Source: an uncultured Nitrospinaceae bacterium
GTDB taxonomy: Bacteria > UBA8248
Length of the DNA: 64,000 nt
NCBI GenBank assembly: GCA_964005815.1
Contig: CAXFSR010000043.1
Location: forward strand, 96,001 to 160,000
Reading direction: 5' to 3'
Below the pieces are notes generated by a model. It worked only from the letters and a program-made list of their open reading frames with translations. It had not been told where the DNA came from and did no database searches. Each line of letters opens with the position of its first letter. Position 1 is the first letter of the stretch. Below, one piece after another: positions 1 to 9,297 of this stretch. Position numbers and translations under genes: made by a program.

Positions 1-1
1 T

Positions 2-430
2 GTAGCTGGGATTATGTCTGATCGTATAGGTGCAAAATGGGCTCTTTTCATTTCACTTACTTGCCAGACATTGCCGGTTCCTCTATTACTTTTCAATCCA
101 AATTTCACAACCATGCTTCTTATTGCTTCTTTTGTAGGATTAGGATTAGGCGGACACGGAACAATGTATCCTATTGTTACTCGTGACTACTACGGCAAGA
201 AAAGAGTCGGAATATTATTTGGAACTTTTGCAACTGGCGCAAGTATAGGGATGGCTGCAGGTAGTTTCCTAGGAGGAGCAATACATGATTTGACAGGAAC
301 TTATCACGCAGCATTCATGTTCAGTTTCTTTTTTGGCGCATGCTCCCTATTCTTAGTTTGGCTTTATCCTGAGAAAAACAATCTACAACCTACTGAAAAA
401 GAAAAAGCAGAATTCGCACTTAATACTTAA
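2..430 (+). CDS. MFS transporter, C-terminal part (5' truncated by window edge)
   Basis: Frame open from position 2; MFS motif A-like GIMSDRIGAK; several TM helices. Confidence 0.85.
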   Translation, partial: VAGIMSDRIGAKWALFISLTCQTLPVPLLLFNPNFTTMLLIASFVGLGLGGHGTMYPIVTRDYYGKKRVGILFGTFATGASIGMAAGSFLGGAIHDLTGTYHAAFMFSFFFGACSLFLVWLYPEKNNLQPTEKEKAEFALNT

Positions 431-1338
431 TCTGCATTTTCATCTATCGAATCAAATGCTTTCTTAGCTGCACGAAGACCCTGGTTAGTTTTAGAAAGTC
501 CAATATAGGGACTGCATTGCGTAATTGCTTCTAAAATTTCATCTCTGTTCAAACCTGCGTTTAATGCACTACGAACGTGCCACTCCAGCTCATTTTCACA
601 CTGATTGGCTGTAGAAGCTGCAATCACAATCAACTCTTTTGTTCTTAAGTCAAGAAGTGACTGATTCCAAACCATACCAAAACAGTATTCAAAAATTACC
701 TGATTATGCGCGGGAGAAATAGTATAAAAACCATCGTGCCCCTGTCCGCCAGCACCATAAATTCCAATCTTTTGCCGAACAGAAATAGCTTTATCTATTC
801 TTTCCTGCACATCAGGACTAAGATCGACCTGTGCAAGTAACCTGTCTCCTGCTTTTTCCGCCTCTAATTGTTCTTGAGCAAGATTAGAATTATCGGCAGT
901 TTCTTCGTACTTAGTAATGCCAACTTTCTTAAAAGCACGCATCATTGACTTAAACGCATGATTGGTTTTAGGAAGACCTATATAAGGACTCAATTGTGCT
1001 ATTACTTCTATTATTTCATCAGATTCTAGACCTAAATTCAGAGCACTCTGAACATGCCATTCTACTTCTTCATCTAATTGTTGTGCGGCGAGTACACTAA
1101 TCACAATAATTTCTTTCTCTTTTAACGTCAGATTAGGTTGTCCCCATACCATACCGAAACAATATTCAAAGATTACCTGAGCATGTGTTGGAGAAAAATT
1201 CCATGCGCCACGTTCAGACTGTCCTCCTTTCCCATATATTCCCATAGACTTCCGGATATTAACTGCTCTATCAATCCTTTCTTTTACGTTTGGATCCGAA
1301 TCAACATAAGGAAGTATTTGATCTTTATTCTCATCCAT
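427..1338 (-). CDS. Tandem two-domain carboxymuconolactone decarboxylase (CMD/PcaC-like) protein
   Basis: Two similar halves, each with QVIFEYCFGMVW...L...KE.IVI...EWHV.SALN.GL...EI.E.I.Q.SPYIGL. Confidence 0.85.
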   Translation of the reverse strand: MDENKDQILPYVDSDPNVKERIDRAVNIRKSMGIYGKGGQSERGAWNFSPTHAQVIFEYCFGMVWGQPNLTLKEKEIIVISVLAAQQLDEEVEWHVQSALNLGLESDEIIEVIAQLSPYIGLPKTNHAFKSMMRAFKKVGITKYEETADNSNLAQEQLEAEKAGDRLLAQVDLSPDVQERIDKAISVRQKIGIYGAGGQGHDGFYTISPAHNQVIFEYCFGMVWNQSLLDLRTKELIVIAASTANQCENELEWHVRSALNAGLNRDEILEAITQCSPYIGLSKTNQGLRAAKKAFDSIDENAD

Positions 1339-1366
1339 TTATTTATCTCCTTATAATAGAGGAAAA

Positions 1367-2248
1367 TCAGAACGAACTAACTCCAATTAAAACTATACCT
1401 AAAACTATCAAAATGGTTCCTATATATGACCAAATAGTAACCTGCTCTATTTTACGAAGGAAAACACTACTTAGGAAAAGTGCAAAGAACGATGAAGAGG
1501 CAAACAAGGGAACTACTATCGTTACATCACCATAATTTGTAGCCATCCATCTACAAACAAATGCCATAAGATTTACAAGTCCACAAAGCCCATATGCAAT
1601 CCAAGCCTTCTTTGAACTAAATACAGGCCTGATATTTTTTGGCAAGAAAAAAGATAAGGCTAGAAGAGTCAACATTGCTGATGCGTATGTTACCGTTCCT
1701 CCAAAGATAGGTTCTGGCAAAACATTTAAACTCATCTTTCGAAAAATATTAGCTATTGACAAAGACAAAATTGTAAAAAAAGGAAGCCATAAATAGCGTG
1801 GTTTCCAATCAGGAAATTGTTCTCTTTTAAGAGTAATTACAAGGCAACCTATAAAAACAGATATAGTAGCAATCCATATATAAATATTTGGCCTTTCCCC
1901 TAAAAGCTCAAATGCAAACACCGCACTAAAGAGGGGAATGCTAGAAAGTAATGGTGAAGTAATGGCTACACCAATTTTATGCAAAGACATAAATAAAAAA
2001 AATCTTCCTAAGCCAGTTCCAAAAATTCCAGTTGTTATAAAATATCCTATTGCTTTTAAATTTAACCATTCTGGTTCCCAAGTAATAAATGAAACCAAAA
2101 TTAAAATTGGCAGATTGACAAAGATTCCTATTAAAGCACCGGTTAATGCATTACCGTACTCCCTACCCTTCCTAACTAAAATTTGGAAAGATGCAGTGAA
2201 TAATGCTGTAACCAAAGCAAAAATAAATGCCAACTGTACATTTTCCAT
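1367..2248 (-). CDS. EamA/DMT family transporter
   Basis: About 10 TM helices, two EamA repeats, LLGERP motif. Confidence 0.9.
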   Translation of the reverse strand: MENVQLAFIFALVTALFTASFQILVRKGREYGNALTGALIGIFVNLPILILVSFITWEPEWLNLKAIGYFITTGIFGTGLGRFFLFMSLHKIGVAITSPLLSSIPLFSAVFAFELLGERPNIYIWIATISVFIGCLVITLKREQFPDWKPRYLWLPFFTILSLSIANIFRKMSLNVLPEPIFGGTVTYASAMLTLLALSFFLPKNIRPVFSSKKAWIAYGLCGLVNLMAFVCRWMATNYGDVTIVVPLFASSSFFALFLSSVFLRKIEQVTIWSYIGTILIVLGIVLIGVSSF

Positions 2249-2377
2249 TTTCTCTCACATTCTTTGACCGCAAATACATTCTGGCTTTCACAGACATTCA
2301 TGTAAAATTGCTACACTGACTCTGAAAACAAACAATTGAAAAACTCGAGGAACTATTTATCTCATTTCAAAAGAAGA

Positions 2378-3259
2378 CTAAAAAGAACTAATCCCTATCA
2401 AAACAACTCCTAAAATTATCAAGATAGTTCCAAGATAGCTCCATTTGGTAACTTTCTCTATATCACGAAGCAGAAAACTACTAAGAAAAAGTGCAAAGAT
2501 GGAAGATGAAGCAAATAAAGGAATAACTACAGTTAGATCTCCATATTTAGTAGCTATCCATCTACATATAAAAGCAAGCATATTTATAAAACCACAAAAA
2601 CCCCAAAAAACCCAACCTTTTTTTGCCTTAAGATTTGGCTTCATATCTGAAGGCAGAAAAAAAGACAACAAAATAAGGCTCGACATTGCTGTAATGTAAG
2701 TAATTGTCCCTCCAAAAATCGGGGCAGGTAAAACGTTTAAACTATGTTTACGCAAAACATTTCCTATAGAAAAAGAAAGAACAGCTAAAATTGGAAGCCA
2801 CAAGTAGCGAGGTTTCCAGCCAGGGAATTCCTCTCTTTTAAATGTAATGACAAGACAACCAAAAAAAACACAGAATGTAGCTACCCAAATGTAAAAATCC
2901 GGTCTTTCACCTAATAATCCAAACGCTAGAGCAGCACTAAAAAGAGGAGTACAAGAAAGCAGAGGAGATGTAATAGCTACACCGATCTTATGTATAGACA
3001 TAAACAGAAAGAATCTACCCAACCCCGGACCAAAAATGCCAGTAGCCGCAAAAATCATTATAGCTTTTGCATTAAACCATTCAGGCTCCCATGTGACATA
3101 AGAAATACCAACCATAATTGGGAAATTCACTATAAGGCCAATCAATACTCCTGTTAGAGCATTACCAAAGTCCTTACCCTTTCTGACAACAATCTGAAAA
3201 GATGCTGTGAGGAGAGCAGTTATTAATCCAAAAATTACAGCTAGCTGTCCATATTCCAT
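2378..3259 (-). CDS. EamA/DMT family transporter (tandem paralogue of 1367-2248)
   Basis: Same length (293 aa) and colinear similarity with neighbour. Confidence 0.9.
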   Translation of the reverse strand: MEYGQLAVIFGLITALLTASFQIVVRKGKDFGNALTGVLIGLIVNFPIMVGISYVTWEPEWFNAKAIMIFAATGIFGPGLGRFFLFMSIHKIGVAITSPLLSCTPLFSAALAFGLLGERPDFYIWVATFCVFFGCLVITFKREEFPGWKPRYLWLPILAVLSFSIGNVLRKHSLNVLPAPIFGGTITYITAMSSLILLSFFLPSDMKPNLKAKKGWVFWGFCGFINMLAFICRWIATKYGDLTVVIPLFASSSIFALFLSSFLLRDIEKVTKWSYLGTILIILGVVLIGISSF

Positions 3260-3271
3260 AATATTTTTTCA

Positions 3272-4102
3272 TTAACCCTCATCGTGAATCTTCTTAAGTG
3301 TTCTCAGCCCTTCGTGCAATAAAGCAATCCCACCAGGAGGAACACAAACTTGGAAACATTCAAGCAATTGCTCCATAGAAGTTCCTAAACGAAGCGCTTT
3401 CTTCGAATGAAAATACAACTCTTCTCTAAAACCTCTGAAAGCAAACACTGCCATAACTATCAGTTCTCTTTGTATTGGAGTTAAAAACCCTTCTTTTTCT
3501 TCGAAGAAACTCCAATGCATCCTAGAATAAATCTCAAAATAGTCTGGATCGAGTTCTACGCCAAATGCAATTGCTTCATCCACATACCCGTTTGCCTCCT
3601 CTATCGTTTCAGTAACTCTTTTAATCTTTTCTTCTTTTGTCTCATTTTCTGGAACATTTCTAGCTACTTCTTCTGCATCAAATCTCCAAGGGCGTTTTTC
3701 ACGAACCAAACTCGGGTCTTCATCTACTATCCTCTTCAAAGTCTCCAGTCCTACCATCCTAGAAGGCCCGCCCCCCGGGAAAAGAGCAACTTCAAAAACT
3801 TCCAATAGTTGATTAAGTGTAGCCCCCTCTTTCAATGCATTTTTTGCATGTACATAAACTCCTGGTCTATCCCGAAAAGAAAGTACTCCACATACAATCA
3901 TTTCTCTTGTCATATGATCTAAATGTCTTTTATTTTGAGGTGTGAAAAATCCCCATCCATTATATCTGTACGCTTCAAAATAATCTGGATCTAAAGAAGC
4001 ACCGAAGGAAAGCAAGTTATCGAAACCGGTTGTTCCATCTCTTTCTTTTCTGAAAATCTCTGCCACTCTCAATGCCTTTTCTTCATAACTTTCACTATTC
4101 AT
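3272..4102 (-). CDS. Tandem two-domain CMD/AhpD-fold protein
   Basis: Two repeats of LDPDYFE.Y...W.FF...L....RE.IV..V..FR...Y.H.K.AL..G....QLLE.F.V...PGG. Confidence 0.8.
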   Translation of the reverse strand: MNSESYEEKALRVAEIFRKERDGTTGFDNLLSFGASLDPDYFEAYRYNGWGFFTPQNKRHLDHMTREMIVCGVLSFRDRPGVYVHAKNALKEGATLNQLLEVFEVALFPGGGPSRMVGLETLKRIVDEDPSLVREKRPWRFDAEEVARNVPENETKEEKIKRVTETIEEANGYVDEAIAFGVELDPDYFEIYSRMHWSFFEEKEGFLTPIQRELIVMAVFAFRGFREELYFHSKKALRLGTSMEQLLECFQVCVPPGGIALLHEGLRTLKKIHDEG

Positions 4103-4139
4103 TCCATCTTCCTTTCTTAAGATTCTAAAATCATTAAAC

Positions 4140-4976
4140 TTAGTCTTCGTTTTTCATTTCCTCGGAAATAATCCTCAATGTTCTCAAACCTTCATGCAAT
4201 TGACCTAGACCAGCAGGGGGAATACACACTTCATGACATTCCAAAAGTTGATGAATAGTAGCACCAAGTCTCAAAGCTTTCTTGGCATGCTGGTATGCTT
4301 CTTCCCTGAGACCTCTGAAAGTCATCACTACAAGAAGAACCATCTCCCTCACAATTGGATCCAAATGACATCTTTCTTGTTCAAAAAATCCCCAGTAGAC
4401 CTTCGAATAAACCTCAAAAAAATCTGGATCCAATTCAACACCAAACGATATATTTTCGTCTTCATATCCCATGTCTGAATGAATCTTCTTTGTAATTCTT
4501 TCAACTTTTTCTTCTCTTGATTCATTTGAAAAGTCTTCTTCTATTTCTGAATCACTTTTAGCCTCTCTTTCTATAGGAGCATGACCATCTTCCTCTTCAA
4601 CTATCTTCCTTAAGCCTTCTAATCCTACCACCCTGGTTGGTCCACCACCCGGGAAAACTGCGACTGAAAAAACTTCCATAAGTTCATTAATTGTAGCGCC
4701 CTGCCTCAAGGCATTTTTTGCATGCTGATATGCCCCAGGTCTATCTCTAAATGCTAGGAGTGCACATACAATCATTTCTCTGGTCTTATGATCCAAATGT
4801 CTAGGCTTATCTGCAGAAAAAAACCCCCATCCTGAGGATCTATACAACTCTTCATATTCATAGTCCCATTCAATAGCAAAATTTACGAGACTTTTGTCTG
4901 GGGTTGCCTCATCCCAAACAGGGAGAATCTTTTCTTTAGCCCTTTGGACTTTTTCTTCTAATGTTTCTTTGTTCAT
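4140..4976 (-). CDS. Tandem two-domain CMD/AhpD-fold protein (paralogue of 3272-4102)
   Basis: Same repeat pattern; start placed at the ATG after RBS AAAGGAG. Confidence 0.8.
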   Translation of the reverse strand: MNKETLEEKVQRAKEKILPVWDEATPDKSLVNFAIEWDYEYEELYRSSGWGFFSADKPRHLDHKTREMIVCALLAFRDRPGAYQHAKNALRQGATINELMEVFSVAVFPGGGPTRVVGLEGLRKIVEEEDGHAPIEREAKSDSEIEEDFSNESREEKVERITKKIHSDMGYEDENISFGVELDPDFFEVYSKVYWGFFEQERCHLDPIVREMVLLVVMTFRGLREEAYQHAKKALRLGATIHQLLECHEVCIPPAGLGQLHEGLRTLRIISEEMKNED

Positions 4977-5041
4977 CGAAATACTCCTTTGCAAGAAGAA
5001 CAAAACAATTCAATTTTCAGAACAAAATTTGATTTGAAAAA

Positions 5042-5112
5042 ATTCCATCTCGAATACAGATGGAATAATATTGAAAAGTTAACCTGGGCAGTACAAAACT
5101 GCCCAGGTTAAC
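5042..5112 (-). terminator. Two tandem hairpins / intrinsic terminators downstream of the SBP gene
   Basis: 15-bp perfect inverted repeat GTTAACCTGGGCAGT/ACTGCCCAGGTTAAC (5078-5112) and 9-bp ATTCCATCT/AGATGGAAT (5042-5066), each followed by T runs on the minus strand. Confidence 0.75.
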
Positions 5113-5154
5113 ACCACGAACAAATTAATTTTATAAAATTAAAACTTCACATTA

Positions 5155-6234
5155 CTACTTCTTTTTCTTCTTTTTCTTCTTCTTGTAAATACGAACTTTC
5201 ATACCTTTCATAATCTTTCCAAATTTCTTAAGCATTTTTCTTTTGTTTTTAATAAAATTCTTCTGACTAAATCCAAGAAGATTTTCTGGAGCAGTAAGCT
5301 TTGGATCTCTAGGGTGGTATGACTTAACATCTGTTCTCGTTGGAGGATATCCACCATCTTTTGTCATAAGCGCTTGCACTTTTGCAGAACTTTCCCAATC
5401 TATCCATAATTTTGCAGCATTAGGATTTGGTGGATTTGCACAAATTGCTACAGGACTAGTCTTTTTCGAGATACCCTCTTTTGGATAGACAGGAGATACA
5501 GATTGTCCTTTTGCTTTTCTTCTTACAAGATCGTGTTCATTTGCTATGACTAGAACGTCTGCTTCACCATTGATTAAAGCAAGTGCTGCAGTAGAAGTAG
5601 CTTTCAATAAAAGAGGTTTATTTTTTGCTAGTTCTTGAAAATATTCCCAACCAAAACGTTTCACCATTCCAGCCATCCACCACCTTGCTGGACCACTTTT
5701 CCTAGGATCAACGATAGCCAGACGACCTTTCCATTTTGGGTCTAAGACATCTTTCCAACTTTTTGGTGCTTCAGAATCTTTAACATTCTTTGTATTGTAT
5801 CCCATCGAACCAATTGTTGTTCTAGATGGAGTTATCCAACCTTCTGGATTTGCCAATCCTTTATGAAAAGAGGAAGTATTTCCAGTAACATACTTCTTCA
5901 ACAAACCTTCTTTCTGCCATCTTATAAAAACTGTAGGATCACCAGTAGAAACTATGTCACATTTAAGAGCACCAGCCATTTTTTCGGCGGTTACCATTCT
6001 TATAATTCCACCAGTTCCTTTTCTGGTCCACTTAACTTTAATACCATATTTCTTCTCAAAACCTTTAACCAATTTTTTTAACACTCTACGGCTAAGGCTA
6101 TGATATAAAACAACCTTACCTTCTTTCTTTGCGTCTTGAATCAATTTTTCAGATGCGGCATTAACTTGATTCAATCCAAAACAACTGATTGAAAAAAGTA
6201 ATGCAAATGCTGCTAAAGACACTTTTTTAAACAT
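5155..6234 (-). CDS. ABC transporter substrate-binding protein (Fe3+/thiamine/AfuA-like class) with C-terminal poly-Lys
   Basis: Signal peptide; AKKEGKVVLYHS, PKSWKDVLDPKWKG, PNAAKLWIDW motifs. Confidence 0.9.
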   Translation of the reverse strand: MFKKVSLAAFALLFSISCFGLNQVNAASEKLIQDAKKEGKVVLYHSLSRRVLKKLVKGFEKKYGIKVKWTRKGTGGIIRMVTAEKMAGALKCDIVSTGDPTVFIRWQKEGLLKKYVTGNTSSFHKGLANPEGWITPSRTTIGSMGYNTKNVKDSEAPKSWKDVLDPKWKGRLAIVDPRKSGPARWWMAGMVKRFGWEYFQELAKNKPLLLKATSTAALALINGEADVLVIANEHDLVRRKAKGQSVSPVYPKEGISKKTSPVAICANPPNPNAAKLWIDWESSAKVQALMTKDGGYPPTRTDVKSYHPRDPKLTAPENLLGFSQKNFIKNKRKMLKKFGKIMKGMKVRIYKKKKKKKKK

Positions 6235-6268
6235 TCTTATACCCCCTTAGTTTAAAAGAAAACAAAAT

Positions 6269-7345
6269 TTATTGTCTCAAACAAACACAATATTGTGGTG
6301 GAAATTCCATAGAAATTTCATCGCCGATTGAAACCGCACTATCAAAAGTAGTTTCAACAGAGATTTCTTTATCATTTATGCCAACCGTATAACGACTATA
6401 TTTTCCATAGTATTGTTTTTTCAAAACTTTCACATTAAAAGAGTTCACTGCTCCTGTTGATATATTATTGTGAAATTTCACCCATTCAGGACGAATACAA
6501 AAAGTACCTTCTTTACCTTTAATATTTACTAATTGTTGTTGAACAGTAATAGGGCCAAGATCTGTTTTCATAACAACAGAATTATCAGTAGATTCTTCAA
6601 TCACATCTCCAGAGAAAATATTAGAAGTACCAATAAAACTTGCAGCAAATGTATTAACAGGTCTTTCATAAAGATCTTCAGGGGTTCCTTCCTGTACTTT
6701 TAATCCATGATCCATGAGTACTATTCTATCTCCTAAAACCATAGCTTCTTCTTGATCGTGAGTTACATATATAAAAGTAATCCCTATCCTGTTATGGAGA
6801 TCTGACAGTTCTTCTCTCATCTCTACTCTCAAATTTGCATCCAAATTAGAGAGAGGTTCATCTAAAAGAAGAAGGGATGGATCAACAACAAAAGCTCTTG
6901 CTAGTGCCACACGCTGCTGCTGTCCACCCGACAGTTCAGTCGAATATCTATGTTCCAAGCCATCAAGTTGCACCATTGAAAGTGCGTTATGCACCCTCTC
7001 CGACAACTCACTTTTTGGCACTTTTCGAACTTCCAATCCATATGCCACATTCTGAAAAACTGTCTTATGTGGCCAAATAGCATAAGACTGGAAAACCATA
7101 GACATTTCTCGTTTGTCTGGAGGAAGAATTTCGTGATTATCAGAAACAATCTTGTCTCCCAAACGAATCTGCCCCTGATCAGGCTTTAAAAATCCTGCAA
7201 TAGTCTTAAGTAAAGTAGTTTTTCCACATCCACTAGGACCTAAAAGAACTACAGCCTCTCCATTTTTGATTTTTAGAGAGAAATTATTTAATGCTACTGT
7301 CTCTTCAAATTCCTTAGTCACGTTGTCAATAAATAGATCAGGCAA
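6269..7345 (-). CDS. ABC transporter ATP-binding protein (PotA/FbpC type)
   Basis: GPSGCGKT, LSGGQQQR, LLLDEP, TOBE-like C-terminus. Confidence 0.95.
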   Translation of the reverse strand: MPDLFIDNVTKEFEETVALNNFSLKIKNGEAVVLLGPSGCGKTTLLKTIAGFLKPDQGQIRLGDKIVSDNHEILPPDKREMSMVFQSYAIWPHKTVFQNVAYGLEVRKVPKSELSERVHNALSMVQLDGLEHRYSTELSGGQQQRVALARAFVVDPSLLLLDEPLSNLDANLRVEMREELSDLHNRIGITFIYVTHDQEEAMVLGDRIVLMDHGLKVQEGTPEDLYERPVNTFAASFIGTSNIFSGDVIEESTDNSVVMKTDLGPITVQQQLVNIKGKEGTFCIRPEWVKFHNNISTGAVNSFNVKVLKKQYYGKYSRYTVGINDKEISVETTFDSAVSIGDEISMEFPPQYCVCLRQ

Positions 7346-7353
7346 TTGTCACC

Positions 7354-9063
7354 TCACATTTCGAATGCACCCTTTCCAACTAATTTTTTGGAAAGAGCAA
7401 CAAGAGTCAAATTAATACACATCACTATAAAAGTAAGAGCGCCTAATGTTCCCATTTCAGCCTCTTCTACAAACTCGAAGATCAAAATTGAAATAACTTC
7501 CAAACCGCCAGTATAGAGCATTATTGAAGTTGCCATATCACGAAATTTCATACAGAAAATGATAGTCCCTACAGAAAAAAGACCCTTCTTCATAAGCGGC
7601 AATGTAATATCTTTCATTGTCTTCAACCAACCAGCACCTAAAACACGCGAAGAATGCTCTAACTCTTCATGAATCTGCTTTAGAGAAGATCTGGCAAACA
7701 TAAAAGCAATTGGTGTACCTTTCACGAAATATCCAACTAGGAACAACCATAATGTTCCGTATAGGAAAAAAGGCTTGCCCGCAAAAGCAATAACTAACGC
7801 TACTCCTAGAGCAACACCCGGGAAAGACATTCCGATCATAGAGAGCAAAGAAAGAAACTCTCTTCCAGGAACTGTAGTTCTCTCAATTATCCAAGCCATA
7901 ACGAAAGTAAATGCAATACATACAAATGCAGCGCCAATGGCTAATATAAAACTGTTCAAGAAAGCTCTAACTACAATGTCTCTGTTAGATGTGAATAGAT
8001 CAAGATAATTATCTAACGTAAGATTGTCAAAAGTAGGAAAATTGCCCCATACTTTTACGATAGATGCCTGAAATAGAGCTAGAGTAGGCATTCCGATACT
8101 TACAAAAACCACAATTAAAGAAAAAGCAGATAAAACATATTTCCATTTCCCTATTTCAATTAATTCTGGCTGCGGGGATTTTCCAGTAACAGTAATAAAC
8201 TGTCTTTTTCCTAAATATGAACGTTGAAAAATTAATAATATAGCAGTGACAATTACTATCGGTGTTGCAGCGGTTGCAGCCATATGAAATTGTGGAGGAT
8301 CGTCAGAAAATAGATTGTATACCTGAGTAGAAAGAGTATGTATATAAGCAGGATTCCCAACTATTGCCGGAGCTCCAAACACGACAAAGCTTTCTAAGAT
8401 AACCAGAATCAAACCAGACAAGATAGCTGGAGTTACAATAGGAAGAGTAACTGTAAGTATAACTCTTAAAGTGCTCGAACCTAAAATTTTTGCAGATTGT
8501 TCGTAATTAGGATCCATATTATCTAAAGCTGAAACAACAGAAAAAAACATGAAAGGATATACAAACAAGCCCATCACAAAAGCCATACCTCCAAAACTGA
8601 AAATATTAAACAAAGGTTCTTCAAGACCAAATAATCCCATTGTGATTTGGTTCACAATTCCAGCACGTGGACCTAACAAGACTATCCAACCTATTGCACC
8701 TAAAAAACTGGGAGTGGCAAATGTGAGAACAACCATAGAACGACATGTTTGCCTAAACGGCATATCCGTTCTAGAAACGCCCCAAGCCATTGGCAAAGCA
8801 ACAAGAAGTGAGAAAATAGAAGTTGCAAAGGCAAGTTTTAAGGTGTTCCAAAATGCAGAATATAATTCCGGATCAGTATAAAATGTAAAATAATTCTGTA
8901 AAGTCCATGCATTAGCAGTGTAATCATATAAACTTCTCTTAAAGAGTATCCCTAGTGGGTACAGAACAAAGAAACCAAGAATTACTGCAGCGGAAACAAA
9001 AATCAGGGTCCTGATTTTTTCGTGTTTTAAGTTTTTCATTGACTTGATAAAATCTGACCGCAC
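7354..9063 (-). CDS. ABC transporter permease (FbpB-like, duplicated domain)
   Basis: Two EAA-like loops (EQSAKILGSS, EHSSRVLGAG), about 12 TM helices. Confidence 0.92.
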   Translation of the reverse strand: MRSDFIKSMKNLKHEKIRTLIFVSAAVILGFFVLYPLGILFKRSLYDYTANAWTLQNYFTFYTDPELYSAFWNTLKLAFATSIFSLLVALPMAWGVSRTDMPFRQTCRSMVVLTFATPSFLGAIGWIVLLGPRAGIVNQITMGLFGLEEPLFNIFSFGGMAFVMGLFVYPFMFFSVVSALDNMDPNYEQSAKILGSSTLRVILTVTLPIVTPAILSGLILVILESFVVFGAPAIVGNPAYIHTLSTQVYNLFSDDPPQFHMAATAATPIVIVTAILLIFQRSYLGKRQFITVTGKSPQPELIEIGKWKYVLSAFSLIVVFVSIGMPTLALFQASIVKVWGNFPTFDNLTLDNYLDLFTSNRDIVVRAFLNSFILAIGAAFVCIAFTFVMAWIIERTTVPGREFLSLLSMIGMSFPGVALGVALVIAFAGKPFFLYGTLWLFLVGYFVKGTPIAFMFARSSLKQIHEELEHSSRVLGAGWLKTMKDITLPLMKKGLFSVGTIIFCMKFRDMATSIMLYTGGLEVISILIFEFVEEAEMGTLGALTFIVMCINLTLVALSKKLVGKGAFEM

Positions 9064-9297
9064 GACACCTTATCCTGACACTTTTTTTAGGAACGTTCTT
9101 TTTTAAAAAAAAATGCATGCAATTAATTGTATTGAAAATATGACCTGATTGTAATATCTTCAATTTTTGAAAACAACGATACATTTTATTTTTTATGACA
9201 ACTAGCAAAACATTCGTTAATTAGATATGTTTTTTGTTCTCAAAATATATATTCATCACAAAACTGACAACACATATCAAGGTTCAATGGAGTGCAT

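Noticed and set aside
427..5003. Repeated DNA segments that might suggest a repeat array or CRISPR
   Set aside because: Explained by intragenic domain duplication and paralogous genes; no regular repeat-spacer pattern and no cas genes
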